DNA of 63,023 nucleotides, counting the filler, from Atractiella rhizophila (Eukaryota), in NCBI GenBank assembly GCA_021432655.1. It is 8 parts of 4 records of this genome, joined end to end, with 100 filler letters (N's around TTAATTAATTAA, not from the genome) between each part and the next. Parts side by side here need not be neighbours in the genome. Positions count along the whole stretch, not along the records: positions 39,084 to 44,130 come from MU271294.1; positions 44,231 to 54,297 come from MU271294.1; 6 more parts are not named here. One strand, 5' to 3'. Every line of letters starts with the position of its first letter. The first letter of the stretch is position 1. Positions 39,084 to 49,782 of the stretch are shown here, piece by piece. The translations under genes and the position numbers were made by a program. The notes under the pieces are model-generated. The model was not told the DNA's origin, did not search any database, and saw only the letters and a list, made by a program, of their open reading frames with translations.

Positions 39084-40070
39084 TACGCTATTGGACCTAT
39101 TGCCCATCACCTCTGGTGGCGCCATGATTATGCTGATTTGAAAGTTTCACGAGGCCCTTGGAAAACAACAGAAGATTTGTTTCGATCTTTGTCGACCGTC
39201 CAACGCTCTTGGCTCACAACTCGATCTCAAATAAGCGAGTCGAACAGCTTTCGAGTTAAAGGTCCAGAACCGCGAGCAACGCTAACGGAAGCTTTACCCT
39301 TGCAAGATATATTTGACAGGTTCTTTCCTGATTTTCTCCCCAACCTGCCTGACATTACCTGCCCGATACTCTGGCATCCTGAGCTTTCACTGGCCAACAT
39401 CATGGTCTCCGAATCAGGAGACGCCACAATCACAGGCTTGCTCGATTGGCAAGATGCATGTGTAGGACCGTTGTTTATGCAGGCCAGTCTGGCGCCAGCC
39501 CTAGCTTATCGCGGTTCTCGCATCGAAGTTCCTGAAGGAGTTCTTGAAAAGCCATCTCTGCCGGACCTCGATGGCCTTCCCCAAGAAGAAATAGGCGCCA
39601 TTCGCCTGGAACACAAGTTCGCTATGCGATGGAAAGCGTACCAGGCAAGAAGCGTGGTTGGCGCGGCAAACACGACGCGAAGGATCGCGGCTAGCTTTCC
39701 AAATGCTAGCGAGCTCGCGAACAGTCCTCAACTTGTTCTGCGCTCATGGAGCGATGGGCTTACACCGTATCGCGAAGCAGTTTTGAAGTGCTTGGAGAAT
39801 TGGGAGATGTGGAGAGACGACCCTCGACCGCCTTTTCCATTCATGGAAACTGAATTGGACGACCACGTCGAGAAATTCAAGAGATATGAGGAGTTCGAGC
39901 ATGAGCTTGATGGTTTACTTAATAGGATTGGATGCGAGGGAGATGGGATTATCGCTGCAGAAGGTTGGGAAGATGCAATGCAGAGGTTAAAATCGGAGAA
40001 AGAGCGGTGGGACCCCAAGTTGGGACCATTTCCACTCCAGGACGGAATGTGGAGCTATTATCTAACTTGA
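39084..40070 (+). CDS. APH/AIM9-like protein, copy 2 (5' end in gap; tandem paralogue or uncollapsed allele)
   Basis: 37732-38983 is repeated at 39084-40307 with scattered substitutions; the frame stays open. Confidence 0.75.
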   Translation, partial: YAIGPIAHHLWWRHDYADLKVSRGPWKTTEDLFRSLSTVQRSWLTTRSQISESNSFRVKGPEPRATLTEALPLQDIFDRFFPDFLPNLPDITCPILWHPELSLANIMVSESGDATITGLLDWQDACVGPLFMQASLAPALAYRGSRIEVPEGVLEKPSLPDLDGLPQEEIGAIRLEHKFAMRWKAYQARSVVGAANTTRRIAASFPNASELANSPQLVLRSWSDGLTPYREAVLKCLENWEMWRDDPRPPFPFMETELDDHVEKFKRYEEFEHELDGLLNRIGCEGDGIIAAEGWEDAMQRLKSEKERWDPKLGPFPLQDGMWSYYLT

Positions 40071-40947
40071 TGTGGAGTTAGGGGTTTCAGATATATCGTC
40101 ATGATGGTATGAATCTTGCCGCAGAAGTCACTTTCGTTAGTTTGCAAAGTTCCTTCTATCTAACAAACGTCCATTTTCCCCACTCAATCGGCGCTTCGTC
40201 ATCTGCCATGTTTTAGCTCAGAAGGACAAAGGAAATGACACAGAGTGAGTGATCTAACTCGTAGGCACATTCAATTCAGGTCCATTTCGGTTAATACTAG
40301 TACATGAGCAGAAACTCACGGCGTTGTCGCACTCTGAATCCGATGTTCCTGTTCCCCCGCAGGGTTTCATTACAAACCTGTCATCAAGATGGAGCCTTTG
40401 CCTTTGAGGAGCTGCCCCTAGTTCACCGACGTAGCGGGCCGCAGGCTTTGTGTCGTGTTGCGGAGTGATCCGATATCCGACCTCGTGCATAACTTTTCCG
40501 CATGCAATATCTTAGAATGGCATCATCCCGGAGTGGAGGTACCCGCGTTCGCGACAAGTGGTGCGGAGTCGTGCAGGAGCGGAAGAGGAAAGGAAGGTGT
40601 AATTTGCGTCGGGTAGCAGGATGAACGTGTGTATGTACCGCAGAGGCGTAACCCCGGAACGAGTTAGCGCGAAGCATGTTGAGAACGTTAAGCGTTGCAG
40701 GTATCCGGGTGCTGTACGACCGACCACCATCTACATTTTGGACTGAAGGTACACACATGGTCCTCCGAGCCATGGTTGAGGGTCGGAAGCTCTTTGAGCT
40801 GTGTATGTCGACAACAGTTCGTTCGTTAAAAGGCGACTCCCTGGTCCTCCCCTTCTTGTCTCCATTTGCACTCTTAGGACGATTATTCGTCAATTTCGTT
40901 CATTCACCTCTAATAAAACAGTCCATTCCTTCACCAAATAATCAAAC

Positions 40948-42919
40948 ATGACAGTCTCCTCCCTTCTCCCCGCCCTACTTACTCTCCCCCTCTCCGCCCT
41001 TGCCCAAGCGACACCATACTCACTCCCTACGGGTTCCTCCAACGTAGCCGCTCGCGCAGAAGCCATCGCCACGCTCCGCCAGAACTTCAACTACGGACCT
41101 GATGTTGCTGGAAACGGATCCTTCTACCCTCAAGGCTCCTACGCGGCTGAATTGATCAAGAACATGACAGACGCTTTCTTTGGAGAGCATTTGCCGTGGG
41201 TCACCCAATGCAGATCCGAAGCTCAGGCTGCAGCGGTCGCGGTCATTCAGGTCTGTTGCCTCGCCTCTCAAGCCTTGCAGCCAAAGAGACTGATGCGGGC
41301 TGCCTTGGAACGGGATGTAGGGCGGAGGACTGAACACCTATGAAGACTACGCAACCAAGCTTTATGACGGCTTGTGGAAGAACACCATCCCGGATGGAGT
41401 CAGCCCTGGCATGCGAACGAATTACACTTCCGACCTTCTGTTCTCCATGGAGCGTCTCTCAGTCCAGCCGTACAGCGTTCGAAGAGTTCAGAAGGGCGAA
41501 ACACTCAGCTTCAATGTCGACGATGACAGTGCGAAGAAGATCAGCACTTTCACTCAAAAGCAGCTCCAAGCTGCTGGACGTCTCTTCTACGTCGACTATC
41601 GTGACCAGGGAGACCAGACTTTGACGGAGGGAAGGTATGCCGGAGCCTGCGACGCTTTCTTCTACATCCACCCTACGTCGGGAGATTTCCTTCCTCTTGC
41701 CATCCGACCTAACAACGGCAGTCCTTTGATTTACACCCCGCTTGACAGCGAGAACGACTGGCAACTTGCTAAAATGCTGTTTGAGCAGAATGACTTCTGG
41801 TGGGCTCAATGGTGCGCAACAGTTTCTTTCGTCCCGTGCAATTCTGAGGTAAACTGTGTAGGTACCATTTGGTTGCCACTCACGAGGTCATCGACATCGT
41901 TTACGAAGCTGCTCTGAGGAGCCTGAGCGCCGACCATCCGTTGCTCGCCATCATGAACCGATGTATGTCCTCCTGCTACTCTTTGCACGATTCTCACGCC
42001 TTGGATAGTGGCGTATCAAACCTTTGCCTACCGTATCAGCGCGATTCAGACTCTCATCAACGTCGGAGGACCGGTGGACAACTACTTCGCCTGGAGTGGT
42101 TCCGCCGCAGGCACTTATTCCAGCAAACTATACTGGTCACAAGCCGCTCCTTGGAAGTCTAACTACTTCAAGACCAACCTCCAGAACCGGGGTTTGGTCA
42201 ACAGCAAGTTTGGACCTGCGCTGAAATCGTTCCCGTTCTACGAGGACGCATCCGTCATCTACAGCGCCATGAACGACTTTTTCGACCAATTCGTCAGCTC
42301 CTACTACACCAGTGACAAGGCGTTGTCGCGTGACCAGGAGCTTCAAAACTTCATCGCCGAGACCGTTCCAGCTGGCATCGTCGACTTCCCTACCTCCATC
42401 ACTCGCCGTTCAGACCTTGTCGACATCCTCACTCACTTCGGATACCTCGTTTCCGTCCTTCACGGAGTCTTGAACACCAACGACCCCGTCCATACCACAG
42501 CCTCGTGAGTTCACCTCCTTGTCACCTTGTCCATGTCTCCTGATCTCGTCTGCAGCCTCCCTCTGCATCCTACCGCTTTCTACTCCCCCCTTCCCACCGA
42601 AAAAGGCGTCCAGGACCTCGTGCCCTTCATGCCGAACGTCACTCAATCCGTCGGACAGATCACTCTGCTCGGTGCATTCAACAGGCCCTTCTTCGAGAAC
42701 GGCAACCGCACCGTCTCCGAAATGTTCGATGAGCAGGAGCTGCTCGATCGCTCGAACGCGAAGGTTAGATCTGCGGCCCAGACTTTCAAGAACAGGATGG
42801 TTGCGTTCAGCAAGGTGTTTAAGGCTAGGTCTTTTGATGAGAATGGATTGAGTCAAGGAATGCCTTTCGTCTGGACTGTGCTGGACCCGCTAGAAACCCC
42901 CTTCTACCTGACTGTTTAA
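40948..42919 (+). CDS. Secreted lipoxygenase (fungal Mn-LOX-like)
   Basis: Signal peptide; WQLAK motif, YHLVATHE, LHGVLN and C-terminal ...PFYLTV; four short introns. Confidence 0.9.
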
Positions 42920-43375
42920 AAGTGTCGTTTGTATCAAAATCGTGTTTACAATCGACATGTGTTCCAGTTGTCTCTGATGATCTATCTGATGAGCGAGACA
43001 ATTAAAAGTTATTCAGCAACTAAGAAAACATAATCGACGTAAGCCATCCAACTCAGAAAAGTACACATGGACAATGGGGGATCACCAACCCAACACTACC
43101 ATTGCACAACGTCACAAGAACAAAAGAGCCAGGATCTCGCGGCCCTCGATAACTCATCAAACAAACTCAAACCGCAAATTCATTTTGTTTCACGATCCCC
43201 TCCCAATCGCTTGCACGCCTATGGGACATTATGGGAAGTAGGATTGTGGTCGCGTCGGTTATCTTATCACTTGCTTCTTAGGGTTAGGGCAGTTTATCAA
43301 CCGGAATAAATCACCTGATCAGGCCACTTTCACAGCAATCCGATCTCAAAAAGGAACGACGAGTCCTCGAGCAAG

Positions 43376-44130
43376 ATGTCGGCCACTTCTGCGGCCTCAA
43401 TAACTCTTTTCACACCTCCACACGTCCGTAATCACCCATCGCATCTTGCTTCCTTGATCCCTTCCCAATCGCTTGCACACCTTCCCTCATTTGAGCTCGA
43501 ATCGGGTGAAGTTCTGGAAGATGTTTGGATTGGTTGGAAGAGCTGGGGAAAACTCAATGATGAGAGGAATAATGCAATGGTAGTTTGCCATGCTCTGACC
43601 GGGAGCAGCGATTTAGAGGATTGGTACGTCGAGGCTGTTTGAGAATGGCGTGTGTGTGGTCATGTTCAGGGAGAAAAACTTCTTTTGCTCTGCAAAATCT
43701 CATTGGTTTCCTGGAGGGAGTGACTGCGAGATATTCTGTGAAAAATTGAAAAGTTGTCTGAGTAATCCATTTTAGCAGCTTAGATTTGAAATAGGGATGC
43801 ACTTCCCATACACACAGGCTGCTCTGTGTATCTCGAAATCTAGTTGTACTGTTAAATCTCTTTATATAAAGCACTTTTTAACGAAATGACGGCTCGCTGT
43901 AGCTGTCTGCGTAGTTGCTTGAGATCGATTGCATTTTGGCCTTAACCTTTTGTCCCACATTCCTTTTCGTATTGTCGTGCTCTCCAATTCACAGTCGCGC
44001 CATAGTCGCATTTGCTTACACACTCTTCTTTCCTCAGGTGGGGACCCCTTCTTGGTCCAGGTCTGGCCTTTGACCCAACACGCTATTTTATAATCTGCTG
44101 CAATGTCCTCGGCTCGCCTTACGGTACTTC
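43376..44130 (+). CDS. MET2: Homoserine O-acetyltransferase, 5' part (rest in gap)
   Basis: SFELESGEVL...WGKLN..RNNAMVVCHALTGSSDLEDW, intron 43624-44037, then WGPLLGPGLAFDPTRYFIICCNVLGSPYGT. Confidence 0.9.
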
Positions 44131-44230
44131 NNNNNNNNNNNNNNNNNNNNNNNNNNNNNNNNNNNNNNNNNNNNTTAATTAATTAANNNNNNNNNNNNNN
44201 NNNNNNNNNNNNNNNNNNNNNNNNNNNNNN

Positions 44231-45440
44231 GCATAGGGAGAGTAGGCACGATAAGGAGTAGCGAGAGGGAGGCTAGGGCTAGGGTGAGGGCAAGCTCCGC
44301 CGCTGTATCTTTCGCCATTTCCACGTCCGCCACTTCTCCTCTCGCGTGCGACACCGGGATTCAGACCTCACCGCCCTCTAGCGTTCCTCCGCGGTAACTG
44401 AACGACACTATTCCGCAGGTGGACGGGCTAGTAATAGTCGAACGACTAAACCTTGCTCTAACTCAGATGGAACAATCTTTCTCGCGACTCGACTAACTCA
44501 TAGAGTCACTCTTGACACCGAAGGTACTATTTACCATTAGAACTTAAACTGCGACTGTTCACCTAAGCCTAACCAGCTGCGCAACTAGAGATCGCGAACA
44601 AGCACAAACAGAGGAAAGTCGGTTACAAAGATTCGTCTGGTCCTTAGGCGATCTCGATCCATCGAGTCTCTCGTCCGACTCGCTTCATCTGTCCTCGGTT
44701 TCTTCTCACAAATTCCCAGACTTTCCGAAGTTAGCGGTGACGGTACCGGCCAAAGCGCCAGCGGGGTTAGGTGACGGCGTGCAGAGGAAGAGTCGAGCAG
44801 TTTGCGGAGGGTCACCAGTAGTAGACCTAGGAGAAACGTACCCGGATGAAACCGTCGCAGCGTCAAACGTAGTATGTGATGTGAACCGAGTGGTCTGTAC
44901 TACCCACCTGTCGTTAGACCTCCCGACGTCACAAGGTACGCGATACCTAGCGATCACAAAGGTCGATACACAATTGGTACCATGCGAGGAAGTACAGTTC
45001 TAAAAGCGACAAAGTTCCCTACCACTATACCTTGAAGATACCCATCTTTTTTACCGCGACCTGGCCACAACCGGGTAGGAGGAGCGAGTGTTCTGAAACT
45101 TCTTGAGAGTTTCAACGGGAGAGCTTGGCAGGTGTTCGCTCCGGAGCCAGCAGGCAGCAGAAGGAAGAAGTCAGCTTTGATAGCAGGGAGAAGAGAGGAG
45201 CATGCTGTTCGAGGCATAGTTAGTTTTAGGTTTGGGTTTGTGCACGTGAGGTAGGAGGGAAACGTGTTCCTGCTAGATCTGCTTGCCCTACAAGCTCTTC
45301 TCCTCCTCCTCCTACCCTACCTCAATGAGCTGCGCGAGTGTAACTTCTGCCTCTTTACTCTTACTCGTAACCCTGCTACCTTGCCAATCTAAGGAGAAGG
45401 AGAAGTTCTTAAACTGGGTACGGGAAAACGATACCGCGCT
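44231..45440. mobile_element. Degenerate TpA-rich (RIP-like) repeat relic, family unidentified
   Basis: Strong excess of TAG/CTA/TAA compared with neighbouring genes; no intact ORF. Confidence 0.35.
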
Positions 45441-45453
45441 CGCCACGAGTTCT

Positions 45454-47471
45454 ATGCTGGACTCTGCAACCACGAGCCAGTACCCTAGTCGAGTCGTGCT
45501 TACAAGTATGTACTTTCGTTTCATGCGAAGTGGCGGCGTTGATTGCAGATTTTAGCTTATCCGGGAACGGGTGAGCCCTCCCAGTTTATGCGGCTCTTTG
45601 TTCTCTTAAAGCTGAGAGATTGTGCTACCCAGTCGGCGTTGAACCCATCCCTCTCCATTGGGGACATCCCGATCCTCTCCGTCGTGGCCCCGTCATCGCA
45701 TCCAGGTTCGGGATCCCTTTCATCCCTCACGTCGTTCTATCCCTGCGATCCAAGCAAGCTAATAAAAAGCTATTGTTGCATGATGCAGGCATCCAGCATC
45801 AATCCGCATTCGGAACTCTATTGGAGCTTATGGTGGAAGCTACTGCGTGTACAAGGGTATTTCTATTTCCGATCATGCAGTGGTGCAAAGAGCTGAATCG
45901 AGATATGATGTAGCTTTGGCTGGCGCGATTGGCGTCGTCGACCCTCTCTTCCGCCCAGATTTCACCAATACCCAACCACCGTTTTCCCTCCCGCCTCAAC
46001 CGTCCTGGTCGGATCCAGATAAAATTGTCTCACTCGATCCATACGGCCATCTCGTGCCCACAATCTTCAAAGAACACCTAGACGCCGGTGTCGATGTCCG
46101 CCCGACGATTGCGATCACAAAAGCGCATATGAAGTTGGCGGAAATCGATGATTTGGTCAGGAAGGGAGAACTGGAGGTGGATGGAAAGATTGTGATGCCT
46201 GCGCCGAAGCAGTGGAGCGCCGAATGGTCTGAAGGAAAAGAAAGCTTTGATGGGAGCAGCAATGGTGAGGTGACGATGAAGACCAGAGAGGGCTTCCACG
46301 AGGATGGAGTGGAGTTGAATGTTGGAAAGGCAGCCGTCGAACCCGTACATTGCCTTCCTCTTCCGCCTTTGACGTTTTGGGAAAAGATAACTAACTTGCT
46401 TCGGTTTGAACAAAGGTGTGGTACCTCCCCGGCGTGGCGAAACGTTTTGGCATTTCTGAGGCTTTACTCCGACGAGCATTGTTCGAGGATACAGGTGGAA
46501 TGTATCCCGAACTCATTAGTCGTCCTGATCTCAAACTCTTCCTCCCTCCTATCGGTGGTCTCACAGTTTATATATTTGGAAACCCTGCATTTGTATCAGA
46601 TGAGACCAAGGAGTTGACCCTGAGAGTGTGAGTATTTTTTCTTCCTGAGGTTATGAACATTGAGTGATGGTTTTTGATCACAGGCACGACGAGTGTAATG
46701 GCTCAGACGTCTTTGGTTCTGACATCTGTACATGCAAGCCATACCTAGTATACGGAATTTCAGAGGTTTGTCCCCTTTCCGTCCAGCAGGTGAAGAAAAT
46801 GGAATGACCAAAATATGGATTGGCAGGCAGTAAAGTGCGCACAAAGGGGAGGGAGTGGAGTCGTCATTTACTTTCGAAAAGAAGGAAGGGCTTTGGGAGA
46901 AGTGACGAAATACCTGGTCTACAACGCTCGGAAGAGGGGAGGCGATAGTGCCGAACATTACTTTCTGAGAACCGAGAACATCGCTGGTGTCAAGGTGCGT
47001 TGTTTTTTCCTTGCCAGGATAAACTCTGAAGAGAGATGGATAGGATATGCGCTTCCAAGCCCTTATGCCCGATGTGCTCCATTGGTTGGGAATTAAAAAA
47101 GTTGGTGCCTTCTACTTCCCCATTTTAAATGTCCAGCTAATGAGTTGCGGTGGATAGATTGACAGAATGATGTCCATGAGTGATATGAAGCACGACGCCA
47201 TAGGTTTGTCCTTCCTTTCTCAACTCACTGCCCTATGAATTGAGCTGTTATGAACCAGTGCAATCGGGCATTCCAATCTTGTCACGTCACGAAATTCCAG
47301 ACTCGATGATTCCGCGTGCGTCATCATTCCCTCCTTCTTTCTCAGTTGACGTGATTGGTGGAATGGGCTACAGCGGACTCTCGAGTAGAAATCGACGCGA
47401 AGATCCATGCCGGTTACTGGTCAAAGAACAAGATCGACGACCTTTCCAAAACGTCCGGGTTACGGACATAA
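45454..47471 (+). CDS. urg1: GTP cyclohydrolase II-like protein (uracil-regulated protein Urg1 family); start uncertain
   Basis: Spliced RVVLTTYPG..GVEPIPLHWG..RGPVIASR, IGAYGGSY, RPDFTNT, RPTIAITKAH, WYLPGVAKRFG, RVHDECNGSDVFGSDICTCKPYL, YFRKEGRALGEVTKYLVYNARKRG and EIDAKIHAGY. Confidence 0.9.
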
Positions 47472-49462
47472 TTTTAGAGAAGCCCACTGCGCAGTAATAT
47501 CCGATTTCTCAGCTTATAACGGAAAACTTGAACAACGGTGACGGCTCGACGAGAAAAAACAGGAAGAGCGGTCTAGACTGTGCGAGTGCGAGGAAGGGAA
47601 ACAATCTTCACCTTCTACTGCTACATAAGCATGCGACTACGCGGAATACCGAGGAGAAGAAGAGGAGAACTAGGAAATAGAACGAGCAACAGCTGCAACT
47701 CCGACTCCTAAGAAACGCGCTACAAAGGCTACCGACTCCACCACCACCCTTTCCTGCCCCTACCACGCAGCTAGCCTCGCCTGACGACGACTAGGTTCCC
47801 TTATCGCTTCTCTAGTCCCCTCCCGCCTCATTAAGAACTTTCCTAAGTCTGCATCCTCGAGACGAAGGCAGAATGGTGCCGCACCCTAACTAAACCTTTT
47901 GACTTCGTCCCTGAGGAGGCCCACATTTTCCCCTAGCATCCAACCACTCGTACAGCAACAGGATAAAATAGCAGTCAGGGAGCGAAGCGACGTTGTGTCA
48001 ATTTGACATGGAGTAGATGTTTGTGGAGCTAGGCAAGGAAGCGTTGCGGAGCAGGTCCTCAGTACCCGTAGCAGAGGGGAACGTGGGTTCCAGACTGGAG
48101 ATGGAGTAAGAGGAAGAAGGACAGGAAGGAGGGGAGGTTGAGTAGGGTGAAGGGAAGAAGAAGCAGAAAGCTCAAAGGTAAGAGCAGGAGTATCTAGCAT
48201 TTGCGGACACGAGGTAACAAAAAGTCGAAACCACCGCGCCATCTCGAGGGGTTACCGGCGCGAAATAAAGGAGGGTCACGACCCGCGCTCCTACTGCTCC
48301 TTAAACAACAGGCTAACCGACCTAGGCCCTGTCATCCACGTTGCTCGTACGCGCGAACTTTGCGAAGTATAGCGAAAACATCTGCTTATTTTCCCCTTCG
48401 AGCTGCTCGTTATGGCTCCCTTATCTAACTACGTCGGAGGAAGGCGGAAAGTCTTCGGGAGTTAGGGAAGGAGACACAAGGTTTTGTTTATTGAATGGAA
48501 GGAAGGCTGAGATTTAGGTCTCGGTTGAGGAGTATATTTGAGGGTACCGAGCACGGTTAGAGTAATCGTTTCTCTTTAGAGGTTTGTAGTTGGGACTTGA
48601 GGCACAGATTGACGAAGCGTATCTCGCAGGTGTCGAAGTCCATGGAGTTCAGGACGAATATAGACGGTAGAGGGTGTTTGAAAGAGCAGCGAAAGAGGTC
48701 GTCTCCTTACTCGCGACAGCGAGGTCGCCTTAATCTTTGTATCGAGGTGGCGATCCTATCCGTGGCTACTAGGTGAACTGTATAGCTACTATTCTCAGCT
48801 CGCCTAGAAGCTCCCGCAGGTAAGGGTGAGCAGGTCAGCTTTACTCGAGTAGTATCAGGAAAAGGGGTAAGAGTTTGAGGAGATTTCGGCGTTAGAGGAG
48901 AACCTTGACGAACACCGGGAAAAGGTTCAGCCTAACGTCACGAGCGCTTAGCCTCCTCTTGTGAAACCACTCAAACCTTCGACTGGCAGGCTTGCTCTGA
49001 CCGGCATACAAAAGAAAGACTAGAAGCTCCTGGAGTTTCAGTTGTCCACCCGCTCTTCCGCAAACCTCACCACTTAGGCAGCTGTAATACACGAGTTCGC
49101 TTTTATTAGCTCGAGCAAACAAGGGAGTTGGACTCATTTGTTTGACCTTCTCCGCTCCGCTAGATCCCAGTCCCAATGCGCAGACAGTGGACTAAAACGT
49201 CCACGCAAAGATTCACCACGGTCGACTCTTAACAAGGTATATTTTATGTTCAGAACTAAAAGTGGGTCTCAGTCACAATCACGATGTGGTCTTAGAGGAA
49301 GGGTTAAATTCGACTTCCGCTTATGTTGTAGTCATGGTGGTTTGTTTACACTATTTAAGAAGAACTGGTAGGGAGGTTGGGCCTTCCGTGGAAATTTGGC
49401 GAGGTTTCAGGCAAATTACGTTCTGCAGCAGGGTTAGGACCCAAAGGGTTCGGGATGGCTGG
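47472..49462. mobile_element. Degenerate TpA-rich (RIP-like) repeat relic, family unidentified
   Basis: Protein-like stretches broken by TAG/TAA. Hand count over 48721-48900 gives about 16 TpA versus 8 ApT. Confidence 0.4.
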
Positions 49463-49782
49463 NNNNNNNNNNNNNNNNNNNNNNNNNNNNNNNNNNNNNN
49501 NNNNNNNNNNNNNNNNNNNNNNNNNNNNNNNNNNNNNNNNNNNNNNNNNNNNNNNNNNNNNNNNNNNNNNNNNNNNNNNNNNNNNNNNNNNNNNNNNNNN
49601 NNNNNNNNNNNNNNNNNNNNNNNNNNNNNNNNNNNNNNNNNNNNNNNNNNNNNNNNNNNNNNNNNNNNNNNNNNNNNNNNNNNNNNNNNNNNNNNNNNNN
49701 NNNNNNNNNNNNNNNNNNNNNNNNNNNNNNNNNNNNNNNNNNNNNNNNNNNNNNNNNNNNNNNNNNNNNNNNNNNNNNNNNN

